DNA of 64,000 nt, from assembly GCA_964625685.1 (NCBI GenBank), contig CAZVBO010000001.1, positions 69,249 to 133,248 on the forward strand, in the 5' to 3' direction. The position numbers and the translations under genes were made by a program. The stretch comes from an uncultured Pseudomonadales bacterium (GTDB lineage: Bacteria; Patescibacteriota; Microgenomatia; UBA1400; PJMF01). This document shows, piece after piece, positions 1 to 9,511 of this stretch; the first letter of the stretch is position 1, and every line of letters starts with the position of its first letter. The notes under the pieces are model-generated. The model was given only the letters and a program-made list of their open reading frames with translations, was not told where the DNA came from and searched no databases.

Positions 1-468
1 AAAAAGTGGGTGATTGATGCTGGTGCCTTGCAAATGCTTAATCCGGGTCTGCTTAATGAAAATTGTATTATTACCCCACATCATCAGGAACTTCACTTTT
101 TAGCAGAAAGATTAAAGTTGTCAGATCAAAAAGCCAGTGATTTTCTGGTTCAACAAGGAGTGACTATTTTACTTAAAGGAGAAATTGACGTAATTTTTTC
201 TCATGATCTAAAACTAGAAATTTCAGGTGGGAATGCGGGCATGACTAAAGGGGGAACAGGTGATGTTTTAGCTGGGTTAGTAGCTGCTCTCTATGCAACT
301 CAAACTCAATTGGTCGCTACAGTAGTGGCAAGTCATGTCTGCAAACAGGCCGGTGACCAGTTGTTTGAGCGAACGGGCTACTACTTTAATGCTTCTGATT
401 TAGTCGATGAAATTCCGACTGTTTTGTGGGACAGAGTCGCAAAGCAATCAAACTCGGTCTCACCCTAG
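1..468 (+). CDS. nnr: NAD(P)H-hydrate dehydratase / YjeF C-terminal carbohydrate-kinase-like domain (5' end cut by window edge)
   Basis: The ORF is open to the window start. The translation contains the glycine-rich YjeF_C/Nnr core ...GGNAGMTKGGTGDVLAGLVAALYA... Confidence 0.6.
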   Translation, partial: KKWVIDAGALQMLNPGLLNENCIITPHHQELHFLAERLKLSDQKASDFLVQQGVTILLKGEIDVIFSHDLKLEISGGNAGMTKGGTGDVLAGLVAALYATQTQLVATVVASHVCKQAGDQLFERTGYYFNASDLVDEIPTVLWDRVAKQSNSVSP

Positions 469-499
469 TCATTGTTGCAGATTATGCAATAATAGACAC

Positions 500-1597
500 A
501 TGTTCCAGCCAAACTTTCAAATTACGAATAACTTGCTTACCTACATTTCACGAATTGAGGCTGCTAAGTCCATGATTGACCAGGCTCCACTAGTTCCAGC
601 CTGGGAAGCAAAATTCAGAGATGATGCTATGGCTCGAACAGTTCATTTTGGGACTAAAATCGAAGGAAATGATTTAACTCAAGATCAGGCTGAAAAAGTA
701 GTTCGGCTCAACGAAATGAGTGATCCTAAGCAAATTTCTGAAGCGGCAGGATTTATTGCTCGCGATCGCGATGTTCAAGAAGTCATTAACTACCGTAATG
801 TGGTGTCGTGGATCGATAATTGGCAGAGCCATGTTCCAAAAAGTGATATTTTTACGGTTGATACGTTAAAAGAATTACATGCATTATCAGTCAAATCAAT
901 TATTGATGATAAGTATGTGGGGGTGTACCGAGACAAACAAGTTATTGTTAAAAGTGCAGTTCGTGGCGAAGTAGTTTTTAGACCACCCGTATATGTAGAA
1001 ATTCCTTTCTTAGTTGATGAATTTTTTGTTTGGCTTGGTCAGGCTCAACAGCAGAAAATCATCCATCCCATTTTTCAAGCCGCGATTACTCATTATCAAT
1101 TGGTTTTTATTCATCCTTTTATTGAGGGAAATGGGCGGACTGCTCGTGCCTTTGCTACTTTAGTTCTCTATGTCTCAGATTATGATTTTAAGAAGTTTTT
1201 CTCAATTGAACAGTACTTTGACAGCGATGTGGAGGCGTACTATCAAGCCTTATTGTCAGTTCAGCAAGACTCTCATCATGATATGACCTATTGGCTAGAA
1301 TATTTTTGTTATGGTTTAGCCATTGAAATTGAGAAAATCAAAGCTCAAGTACTAAAGCTCTCTAAAGATCTGAAAATGAAAAAAGAATTGGGTGAGCAAG
1401 TAGCTTTATCAGAACGTCAAATTATTTTATTAGAGCTTTTACAAAATCAAGGCCGGATTACTTCTCAGGATGCTCAAGAAGTGTTACCTAATATTTCCGT
1501 AGATACTATTTTACGGGATTTAAAAGATTTAATAGAAAAAGGGGTGGTCAAAAAACAGGGAGTCACCAAGGGTGTGACGTATTCATTGAAGGAGTAA
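500..1597 (+). CDS. Fic family protein (Fic/Doc AMPylation-type domain with probable C-terminal winged-helix)
   Basis: The canonical Fic motif HPFIEGNGRTAR (HxFx[DE]GNGRxxR) is present. The internal ATG at 500 avoids overlap with the upstream gene, and the N-terminus NxLxYISRIE is Fic-like. Confidence 0.8.
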   Translation: MFQPNFQITNNLLTYISRIEAAKSMIDQAPLVPAWEAKFRDDAMARTVHFGTKIEGNDLTQDQAEKVVRLNEMSDPKQISEAAGFIARDRDVQEVINYRNVVSWIDNWQSHVPKSDIFTVDTLKELHALSVKSIIDDKYVGVYRDKQVIVKSAVRGEVVFRPPVYVEIPFLVDEFFVWLGQAQQQKIIHPIFQAAITHYQLVFIHPFIEGNGRTARAFATLVLYVSDYDFKKFFSIEQYFDSDVEAYYQALLSVQQDSHHDMTYWLEYFCYGLAIEIEKIKAQVLKLSKDLKMKKELGEQVALSERQIILLELLQNQGRITSQDAQEVLPNISVDTILRDLKDLIEKGVVKKQGVTKGVTYSLKE

Positions 1598-1600
1598 GAG

Positions 1601-1710
1601 CCAAATTCCAAAATCCAAAACTCAAACAAGTTCCAAAATACAAATTTCAACACTCATACACATCTTGATCTTTGAAATTTGTTTGATTTTTGAAATTTGA
1701 AGTTTGTAAT
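1601..1710. repeat. Intergenic A/T heptad repeat locus R1: CAAA-type arm (1601-1650), 20-nt spacer, then TTTG-type arm (1671-1710), forming an inverted pair
   Basis: The left arm reads ccaaattccaaaatccaaaactcaaacaagttccaaaatacaaatttcaa. It is facing tttgaaatttgtttgatttttgaaatttgaagtttg. The same motif family recurs at 27701-27872, 37177-37230, 38684-38722 and 53950-54050. Confidence 0.6.
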
Positions 1711-1788
1711 TTAAAGTCACTTGATAATCTTGGGCACTTGTTATTACTGTGCCTCGACTCATTTTCTGGGGAATGCTACCATCAAACT

Positions 1789-3600
1789 ATGCTTTTTTCT
1801 GATTTCTCTCAATATTTGCAAAAACTGGAATCTATCCCCTCGCGACTAGGAATGACTGAGGTGTTAGCAGAATTATTTCAAAACCTGGAAGGAAAAGAAA
1901 TTTTATTGAGTTGTTACTTTATGCAAGGCAGATTAGTCCCATTGTATGAAAGTTTAGAATTTAATCTGTCAGTCAAAATGGTCATGAGGGCCCTAGCCAG
2001 GTTGGAAAGTTCTCTCTGGAAAGACCATTTAGCTCAGGCAACATCACTGGGTTTATTTGATGAAGATTTTTCGCAAAAAGAAATAGTTGTCCAGCAGCTC
2101 TATAAAAACTTAGGTGATGTGGGATTAGTGGGAGCTGAGCTATTATCGGCAACGAACTCTACAAAAAAACTTACCATTGCAGATGTTTACCAAAAATTAG
2201 TGGTCATTGCTCAAGATGCTGGTGAGGGATCCCAAGATCGCAAAGTAAGTTCACTCGTATCATTACTTCAAGAGTTAGATGATATTTCCGCTAAGTTTGT
2301 GATTCGGATTGTGATCGGCAAACTTCGACTGGGGTTTAGTACCATGACCTTATTGGATGCTTTAAGTTGGGCTGTAGTTGGGGATAAATCCGAGAGCTCA
2401 TTTCTTGAGGATATGTATAACCGTAAAGCAGATATTGGAAGTCTAGCTGAGAATTATTTAGCACTGAAACATGAATCAAGAGAGGGAAGAGAAAAAAAAT
2501 TAGCTCAGCTTTACCAAGTTGAAGCCGGTATTCCGGTAGTTCCGGCTTTGTGTCAACGTCTTAACACTTCTGAAGAAATTATTAAAAAAATGACCAAAGT
2601 AATTGCTGAACCCAAGTATGATGGGATGAGAATTCAGTTGCATCTGTCTAACGATCAGGGACACAAAGAGGTAAGACTTTTTACACGTAATTTGGAAGAT
2701 GTATCAGCCATGTTTCCTGAATTAGTTGAAGGCGCGCTGGAATTAAAATGTCAGTCATGTATTTTGGATGGTGAAGTAATCGGCTACGATAAAAAGACTG
2801 GAAAACTGTTGCTATTCCAAGAAACCATTACACGACGGCGAAAGCATGGGGTGGCCGAACAAGCCGAATCCATTCCGATTAAGATGTATGTGTTTGATAT
2901 TTTAAGTCAAGATGGAAAAAGCTTTATTGATCAGCCGCTGACTGAGCGAAAATCACATTTAGAAAAACTGATCGGTCACCAAGCAGTGTTTACAGTTACA
3001 CCCTATATTGTTACTTCCGATCCAGAAGTATTAAAAAAATTTCATGATGAAGAACTCGCTAAAGGATTAGAGGGTATTGTGTCGAAGCAAGTTCACTCCT
3101 CATATCAAAGTGGGCGAAAAGGTTGGACTTGGGTCAAAACGAAAGAAGCAGAAGGAACCTCAGGGAAATTATCAGACACTTTAGATGTAGTAGTGATGGG
3201 GTATTATTCTGGCAGAGGCAAGAGAACTGAGTTTGGGTTGGGGGCCATTTTAGTTGGCATTTTAGATACTGACGGACACGGCCAAGTAGTTAAGAGTATT
3301 GCCAAAATTGGGACTGGTTTGAGTGATGAGCTTTTAGCTGAGTTACACCAGCAATTACAACAACTTCACAGTGATAGCATTCCGGCTGAATATGCAACAG
3401 TACCTAAAGTCCTACTCCCAGATACTTGGGTAAAGCCTCAATTAGTAATTGAAGTAGCTGCCGACGAAGTGACCAAGTCACCCACTCATGCAGCTGGGTT
3501 AGCTTTGCGGTTTCCTCGATTGGTTCGAGTTCGTAATGATAAGGCCTGGGATCAGGCTACAACTTTATTGGAAGTTAAACAAATTGCTCAGGGAATTTAA
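1789..3600 (+). CDS. lig: ATP-dependent DNA ligase (Lig1/LigB-type with N-terminal DNA-binding domain)
   Basis: The adenylation motif KYDGMRIQLH (KxDG) is present. The protein is about 600 aa and the typical MLFSDF... N-terminus begins at ATG 1789. Confidence 0.85.
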   Translation: MLFSDFSQYLQKLESIPSRLGMTEVLAELFQNLEGKEILLSCYFMQGRLVPLYESLEFNLSVKMVMRALARLESSLWKDHLAQATSLGLFDEDFSQKEIVVQQLYKNLGDVGLVGAELLSATNSTKKLTIADVYQKLVVIAQDAGEGSQDRKVSSLVSLLQELDDISAKFVIRIVIGKLRLGFSTMTLLDALSWAVVGDKSESSFLEDMYNRKADIGSLAENYLALKHESREGREKKLAQLYQVEAGIPVVPALCQRLNTSEEIIKKMTKVIAEPKYDGMRIQLHLSNDQGHKEVRLFTRNLEDVSAMFPELVEGALELKCQSCILDGEVIGYDKKTGKLLLFQETITRRRKHGVAEQAESIPIKMYVFDILSQDGKSFIDQPLTERKSHLEKLIGHQAVFTVTPYIVTSDPEVLKKFHDEELAKGLEGIVSKQVHSSYQSGRKGWTWVKTKEAEGTSGKLSDTLDVVVMGYYSGRGKRTEFGLGAILVGILDTDGHGQVVKSIAKIGTGLSDELLAELHQQLQQLHSDSIPAEYATVPKVLLPDTWVKPQLVIEVAADEVTKSPTHAAGLALRFPRLVRVRNDKAWDQATTLLEVKQIAQGI

Positions 3601-3645
3601 AGAATAAGCATTCCTAAACAAAATGCTTTCCACTACAATGAGAGT

Positions 3646-4581
3646 ATGGTTTTACTATTACTTGTGGTAAGTTTAGCTGGTTTAATTGTAGGAGCTCAGT
3701 TATTGATCCGAGGAGCGTTAGCCATTGCTCAAAAATATAATTTTCCAGAATTTCTGATTGGATTAACTCTACTTACGGTAGGAACCAGCTTGCCGGAGCT
3801 GATGATTACGTTAACTGGCTCTATTGATCGGTTACACAATAATGGAGTTTCAGAATTAATTGTGAGTGAAATTATTGGCTCTGATATTGGCTTGGCAGGC
3901 TTAATTTTGGGGGTCTCAGGTTTGTTTGGAATTTTAAAAATTAATAAAAAAGAACTAAATTTTCAAGGCACCTTTTTAATTGGTTCTATTTTACTATTGT
4001 GGTTTTTTGCTAAAGATGGATTTTTATCCCGACAAGAAGGATTGGTCATGTTAGCGGCTTATGGTTACTATATGTTCCACCTGCTTTTTATGAATAAACA
4101 ACGACCAGTGCCTCATGAGAAGATTAAAATTAATACACGAATGAGTTGGCTCTCTCTGATTGGTGGTTTTATCCTGGTCATTATTACTTCCAATCAAGTG
4201 GTAGAAAATGGAGTATTGCTGGCTAACCAGTGGGGAGTTTCCCAATCAATTATTGGGCTGTTTCTGATTGGTTTAGGGACAAGTTTACCGGAGTTAATCG
4301 TTTCTATTACCTCAGCCTTAAAAAAATCAAATGGTTTAACTGTGGGGAATATTATAGGGAGTAGTATCTTTAATATTTTATTTGCCCTCAGTAGCGGTAC
4401 GATTGTCTCCGGATTTGTGGTTGATAGAGAAATGATTTTAATTGACATTCCTTTTTTACTTTTTATTTCGGCGGTAGCTTTGCTTTTCTTCAAAACTCGA
4501 GGGAAATTTGAAAAAAAAGAATCATTCCTGATCTTGGGAATGTATGCGGTTTTTACTCTTTTTAAAGTTATTTCTGGATAA
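3646..4581 (+). CDS. CaCA-family Na+/Ca2+ (K+-dependent type) exchanger, YrbG-like
   Basis: Two internally repeated alpha-repeat signatures GTSLPEL(M/I) lie about 150 aa apart, and the protein is polytopic and hydrophobic. Confidence 0.75.
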   Translation: MVLLLLVVSLAGLIVGAQLLIRGALAIAQKYNFPEFLIGLTLLTVGTSLPELMITLTGSIDRLHNNGVSELIVSEIIGSDIGLAGLILGVSGLFGILKINKKELNFQGTFLIGSILLLWFFAKDGFLSRQEGLVMLAAYGYYMFHLLFMNKQRPVPHEKIKINTRMSWLSLIGGFILVIITSNQVVENGVLLANQWGVSQSIIGLFLIGLGTSLPELIVSITSALKKSNGLTVGNIIGSSIFNILFALSSGTIVSGFVVDREMILIDIPFLLFISAVALLFFKTRGKFEKKESFLILGMYAVFTLFKVISG

Positions 4582-5461
4582 ACTGTTTATAGGTGGTGAC
4601 TAATTCTTTAAAATGAGTCAGTAAAATTTGATGATGGTTACACGGAAAATTTTCTAAAGTGGCCTGTTTTAAATTTTGAAGAACCTGCTTATTCGTAGTC
4701 ATATTTCGCAAAAAATCGTCAGTTCCACACATCAGGATGACATTAGATTGATCAATCAGTGTGGGTTGTTTCAGGTGCCAGCCCAACAAAGATAAGTAAG
4801 TGAGAAGAAAGTTTCTCAGCCCCAGTGTTCTTATCCCCATGTGCCACATGCGATTAAAGCTTACATCCCAAGTTTGCACATATTCATAGTTTTCGGCGAG
4901 TGAAATTTTGGGTTGGGATGAGCGTTTCGAATTAAAGTGTTGTAAAATTTTCAACCAGAATCGACGACTGAAGACAACAAACCCATTCAAGTAAGGATAA
5001 CTATTGGCTAACACTATAGTATAGGCATCTGAGGGATGAAGAATTTCTAGCCAACTTTGAATAATAATTCCCCCATAGCTATGGCCCCAAATTGTGCCTG
5101 ATTTAAGGTGAAAGTGATCAAGTACTGCTTGCAAATCGCGTGCTCCATAGTACTCAAGAGTGGGACACTCAGGATGAGGTGGATAGAGATTGGTCGATAA
5201 GCCATGACCTCTTAAGTCATAAATGATTACTTGATCTTGAGGAAACTGATTCATAATTTCTGTCACTAAGAGGAGTGTGTTTTGAGAATTAATGCCTAAA
5301 CCGTGTAAAACTAGGTGAGTGTGATGAGGTTTTTTGACTCGGCAATAGGTTTCAGTGTAGAGAGTTTTACCATCAAAAGAGGCGATATATTCTATAGCTT
5401 GAATTTTTTGAAGGCTGGTGACTTGATCAATCAATGACTGATTAATGAGGGTTTTTCTCAT
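4568..5461 (-). CDS. alpha/beta hydrolase fold protein (esterase/lipase-like), paralog 1
   Basis: Nucleophile elbow GHSYGG present. It is about 40-45% identical over the full length to the adjacent 5442-6332 product. Confidence 0.6.
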   Translation of the reverse strand: MRKTLINQSLIDQVTSLQKIQAIEYIASFDGKTLYTETYCRVKKPHHTHLVLHGLGINSQNTLLLVTEIMNQFPQDQVIIYDLRGHGLSTNLYPPHPECPTLEYYGARDLQAVLDHFHLKSGTIWGHSYGGIIIQSWLEILHPSDAYTIVLANSYPYLNGFVVFSRRFWLKILQHFNSKRSSQPKISLAENYEYVQTWDVSFNRMWHMGIRTLGLRNFLLTYLSLLGWHLKQPTLIDQSNVILMCGTDDFLRNMTTNKQVLQNLKQATLENFPCNHHQILLTHFKELVTTYKQFIQK

Positions 5462-6332
5462 GTGTTTGGCGTATTAAGCTTACCAATTCATTAAAATGTG
5501 TAGCCATAATTTGGTGGTGATTACAAGGCATAATTTTTAGAGTTGCTTGGCTAAGTTGCTTCATAAAATTTTGTTGCCATGGTTTCTTTATCAGTAAATC
5601 CTTATTCCCATAAACAAAAATAATGTTTGGTTGGTCAAGATTCTTCTTATGGATATTTTCCCAACCCAGTACCGATAAATATGACAAAATAAAATTTATT
5701 TTTCCCATTGTTTTTAAATCATTATGAAAAATACGAGAAAAGTTCAGGTCTCTGGTGGTAGCAAACTGGTAATCTTCTTTAAATTGAGTTTGATAAGGGA
5801 CATACTTTTTTCCACAGTACTTTTGTAATAAATCAAAACATTTCTGTCGATTGATAAATCGTAGTTTATCTAATTGCGAATAGCTATTGAGTAATATAAT
5901 TTTTGTTTTAGAGTTATTGGGAAAGTGATTATGCCAAGCCTGAATAATGATTCCACCAAAGCTATGTCCCCAAAGAGTAAGTGATAACGGCTTAAAGAAT
6001 TGAATTAATGATTCAAGATCATGGGCGTGGTATTCTTCAATACTGTCTATCTCTGGAGTTTGAATATATTTGATAGATGATAATCCATGTCCACGTAAGT
6101 CATAAATGATCACGGCATGAGTCGGAAAGTGTTTGATAATTTCATTTACTAATAAGAGCGTACTTTGGGAGCTTCCTCCAAGACCATGAAGAATAATATG
6201 AGTTACAGTTGGTTTGCTTGTTCTTTGATAAGTTTCGGTATAGAGTTTTTCTCCATCAAATGAAGACACATACCTGACAGTACGCCACTTTTTTAGCTCG
6301 TTTTCGGAAAACTGGATCATTTTATTTTTCAA
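5442..6332 (-). CDS. alpha/beta hydrolase fold protein (esterase/lipase-like), paralog 2
   Basis: Nucleophile elbow GHSFGG present. It is a tandem duplicate of the downstream gene and shares the SFDG.LYTETY and IIYDLRGHGLS segments. Confidence 0.6.
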   Translation of the reverse strand: MKNKMIQFSENELKKWRTVRYVSSFDGEKLYTETYQRTSKPTVTHIILHGLGGSSQSTLLLVNEIIKHFPTHAVIIYDLRGHGLSSIKYIQTPEIDSIEEYHAHDLESLIQFFKPLSLTLWGHSFGGIIIQAWHNHFPNNSKTKIILLNSYSQLDKLRFINRQKCFDLLQKYCGKKYVPYQTQFKEDYQFATTRDLNFSRIFHNDLKTMGKINFILSYLSVLGWENIHKKNLDQPNIIFVYGNKDLLIKKPWQQNFMKQLSQATLKIMPCNHHQIMATHFNELVSLIRQTHEKNPH

Positions 6333-7440
6333 GAAGCTTTTTAACTTCGGTCAACAGTATTGAAGCTGCTTGCCTATTATATTCAGCTTCTTTCTTAATA
6401 TCCGGCAAGTATTGATCCAATAATTCAGGTTGTTGAATGATTTGAGAGATCTTTTTTTGAATTTTGACAGGATTTTCTTCGACAATTCCCAAATTTTTTT
6501 CTCGAATAATATCAAGATTACCGGTTTCTTGACCCGCAATATGTGTGATGGCAAAAAAGGGTGTCAAAGTGGCTATTGTTTCAAATAAGGTATTTGGGCC
6601 TGCTTTCCCAATCACCAGATCTGCTGCCTGCATATATTGATGTATATCCTTGGTGAAACCTAGTGAAATTAAATTCGTTTTTGATTTGGTATTTTTGATG
6701 AATTTCTGGAGCAATTGAACGCCATTTTTCATACTATTATTGCCACCACAAGCCACAATGATCTGGAGTGGGATATTCCGAGTGATGACAAAAGGAAGGA
6801 CTTTTAGAACCATAGTAGTGCCTTCTGATCCAGAAGCTATCAGAAAAGTTAGTTTGTTAGTTTCTAGCTTTAGCTTTTTACGGACTGCTTGTTTATTGTA
6901 GGGTTCTTGAAACCGACTTCGGACAAACCAACCCGATTCTTTTATGGTTGTGTCAGGACAGAGTTTCTGATATGCATCATGGGCATAATGATCATATTCA
7001 AAATTTAAATCTGCACGAGTAGAAATAATAAGTTGGTGAATACTTTTTGGATCGGTAATTATATTAATAAGAGGCAGCTGATACTCTTTTTTTATTTCTT
7101 CTAAAGAGGGGTTATACATGAAATAAGTATTTATCAAGAGATCTGGTTTATAGCTTTTACAAAAATTGAGCAATTTTTTATGATAATTGTATTTAAAGAT
7201 TTCTAAAATGTAGGGTTGAATTCGTTGATGTTTTCCCAAGGTGAAGGGAATATCAACAGCTTGGGGGATAAATCGGTACAATGGCGTATATAAAGAAAAT
7301 AATGGGTCCTTAGTGTAGAAAACTTTAGTTTTATATCCTTCTTTTTTTAAAATATCTTCAATACTTTCTGAAATACTCAGATGTCCCTCTGAGGAAGTGA
7401 AAATTGCAATCTTTTTTGGTTTGGTAGACTTCTGCTGCAT
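6322..7440 (-). CDS. GT28-family glycosyltransferase (MGDG-synthase / UgtP / MurG-like diacylglycerol glycosyltransferase)
   Basis: The N-terminus KKIAIFTSSEGHLSISESI and the C-terminal GT28 region (ACGGNN...ADLVIGKAGPNT) are characteristic of the MGDG-synthase/UgtP family. Confidence 0.6.
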   Translation of the reverse strand: MQQKSTKPKKIAIFTSSEGHLSISESIEDILKKEGYKTKVFYTKDPLFSLYTPLYRFIPQAVDIPFTLGKHQRIQPYILEIFKYNYHKKLLNFCKSYKPDLLINTYFMYNPSLEEIKKEYQLPLINIITDPKSIHQLIISTRADLNFEYDHYAHDAYQKLCPDTTIKESGWFVRSRFQEPYNKQAVRKKLKLETNKLTFLIASGSEGTTMVLKVLPFVITRNIPLQIIVACGGNNSMKNGVQLLQKFIKNTKSKTNLISLGFTKDIHQYMQAADLVIGKAGPNTLFETIATLTPFFAITHIAGQETGNLDIIREKNLGIVEENPVKIQKKISQIIQQPELLDQYLPDIKKEAEYNRQAASILLTEVKKLLEK

Positions 7441-7465
7441 ACCGCGTATTATATAATGAAACCCT

Positions 7466-8023
7466 ATGAAATATCTTTTTGGTTTAGGAAATCCAGGTGA
7501 ACGCTATCAGTCTTCTCGCCACAATACTGGGTTTTTGTTGGCAGATAAACTCCAGCAGAGATTAGAGTTTCCTGAGTTTAAGCTTCAATCAAAAGTTCAA
7601 GCATTGGTCAGCAAACGGCAGCAACTGATCATAGCCAAGCCTCAAACTTTTATGAATGAATCAGGTAGAGCAGTACAATCAATGCTTAATTTTTATAATG
7701 AATCATCTCTACGAAATGTCTATATAGCCCATGATGATCTTGATTTAGCATTGGGTACTTATAAAATCCAGTTTGGCAAAGGTCCTAAAATTCACAATGG
7801 AGTCAACTCAGTTACCCAATATCTGAAGTCTGATCAATTTTGGCATGTGCGGATTGGGATTGATACTCGACAAAATGACCGTTCCATTCCCAGGCAACCT
7901 GCCTACTCAGGCAGGGATTATGTGCTCTTACCTATGACTAAAGAAGAACAAGTGTTATTGGACCAGACACTTGCTGAAGTTGCTGATCAATTAGTATCTT
8001 CTTTCTCAACAGAATATGACTGA
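7466..8023 (+). CDS. pth: peptidyl-tRNA hydrolase
   Basis: The N-terminus MKYLFGLGNPGERYQSSRHNTGF is the Pth signature, and the protein is about 185 aa. Confidence 0.9.
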   Translation: MKYLFGLGNPGERYQSSRHNTGFLLADKLQQRLEFPEFKLQSKVQALVSKRQQLIIAKPQTFMNESGRAVQSMLNFYNESSLRNVYIAHDDLDLALGTYKIQFGKGPKIHNGVNSVTQYLKSDQFWHVRIGIDTRQNDRSIPRQPAYSGRDYVLLPMTKEEQVLLDQTLAEVADQLVSSFSTEYD

Positions 8024-8339
8024 TCAATCTACCCCAAAAAAGAAAAATCTGGGATTTACTCCTCTAAAAGGTCTATTCGATGATTTTCAGTTGGAGGATA
8101 AGGGGGGGTATATTACTCAAGAGTTTCAAGACTATGGATATCGGCTCGCGGTTGAATTAAATGATCTTGCTCATAAAAGCTTGTACATTAAGATGGCTAA
8201 AGAGGTAGATCGGGCTATTTTGGAACAAGCCAGATCATTTATAATAGATGCTAACGCGAAGAGTAAAGCACGTCTATTTATGTGGAAGGTAAAAGAATTA
8301 AAAAGGGAACGGAAGACACACTCAAAGCAAAAAAAATGA
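8016..8339 (+). CDS. hypothetical protein (107 aa, basic C-terminus)
   Basis: The ORF is translationally coupled to pth (ATGACTGA overlap) and to nagZ (ATGA overlap). No recognisable motif was found. Confidence 0.4.
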   Translation: MTDQSTPKKKNLGFTPLKGLFDDFQLEDKGGYITQEFQDYGYRLAVELNDLAHKSLYIKMAKEVDRAILEQARSFIIDANAKSKARLFMWKVKELKRERKTHSKQKK

Positions 8340-9511
8340 ATAAAGCGACCATCTTACTAATTTTTATCTTGATAATTCTCGCTGGTTTGACTGGGTATAA
8401 TTATTTTTTTCATCCTTTTGAAAATATCAATCAAGAACCAGTTTCCATGGAACCTAGTCCTGTTCCTTCACCCACTCCAGAACCAACACAGGCGGAGAAG
8501 CTACTTGAGCAACTTACTCCAGAACAGAAAGTCGCTCAAGTCTTAGCACTGCCCGTTGAGGTCGATGATATTGCAGAAAGTACTGGGAGTGCTGATCAAA
8601 GTCTCGCTTTCATTCAACAGTTTGATCCAGGTTTTGTTACTTTCTTTGGGACAAATGTGTCGACTGTTTCTGCCCACATGGCTGTTCAAACTGTTCACCA
8701 ACAAACCGCAGATTTCCCCTTATCACCTTTGATTGCAGTGGATCATGAGGGCGGAAATGTACAACGACTTCGAGGAACTGGTTTCACTCGGTTACCTAGC
8801 TGGTCAGCTGTATGTGATTTGGATTCAACAGATCAAATGGAACAATTAACTCAATCTGCTCAAGAGCTACATAGGGTAGGCATTGATCTTGTGTTTGCCC
8901 CAGTCTTAGATTACGGAACCAATTCCATCCTGGGTTCTCGAATTTGTTCCGATAATCCTCAAGTGGTGATACAAGCTGCTCAATTGTACATTCAGATTTT
9001 TCAACAACAATCAATTTTGCCGGTAATTAAACATTTCCCGGGAATTGGCAAAACAGCTAGAGATCTCCATACCCAATTTGATCAAGTCTTAATCACCGAT
9101 CAAGATGCTGATATTTATCGAACTATCTTGGATACCTATCCAAGCATTGGAGTGATGGTGACACACGTGGGTGTGGAAAATCAGTATCAGGATATCCCTT
9201 GTTCTTTAAGCAAAGTTTGTGTGGGTCAATTGACTCAGCAATACCCTCAAGCTCTTATCTTTAGTGATGCTTTGGAAATGAAATCAGCTACTCACGATGT
9301 AAATAGTGACCAACCCAAAGAGATTTATCAGGTAGCCAAAGAAGCAATTTTAGCAGGAGATGAAGTTTTGGTCTTTGGTGAAAAAGTAAGCTTAGAACAA
9401 TTAGAAGGTATTATTCATTATTTAACAAATTCGTATCAAACCAATCAAGAGTTTGCCCAACAGCTTGATCAAGCTGTTCTTAAAATCATAAATTACAAAC
9501 TTCAACCATAA
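8336..9511 (+). CDS. nagZ: beta-N-acetylhexosaminidase, GH3 family (NagZ-like), with N-terminal membrane anchor
   Basis: GH3 signatures IAVDHEGGNVQRL and KHFPGIG are present, and the start MNKATILLIFILIIL is a signal-anchor. Confidence 0.75.
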   Translation: MNKATILLIFILIILAGLTGYNYFFHPFENINQEPVSMEPSPVPSPTPEPTQAEKLLEQLTPEQKVAQVLALPVEVDDIAESTGSADQSLAFIQQFDPGFVTFFGTNVSTVSAHMAVQTVHQQTADFPLSPLIAVDHEGGNVQRLRGTGFTRLPSWSAVCDLDSTDQMEQLTQSAQELHRVGIDLVFAPVLDYGTNSILGSRICSDNPQVVIQAAQLYIQIFQQQSILPVIKHFPGIGKTARDLHTQFDQVLITDQDADIYRTILDTYPSIGVMVTHVGVENQYQDIPCSLSKVCVGQLTQQYPQALIFSDALEMKSATHDVNSDQPKEIYQVAKEAILAGDEVLVFGEKVSLEQLEGIIHYLTNSYQTNQEFAQQLDQAVLKIINYKLQP

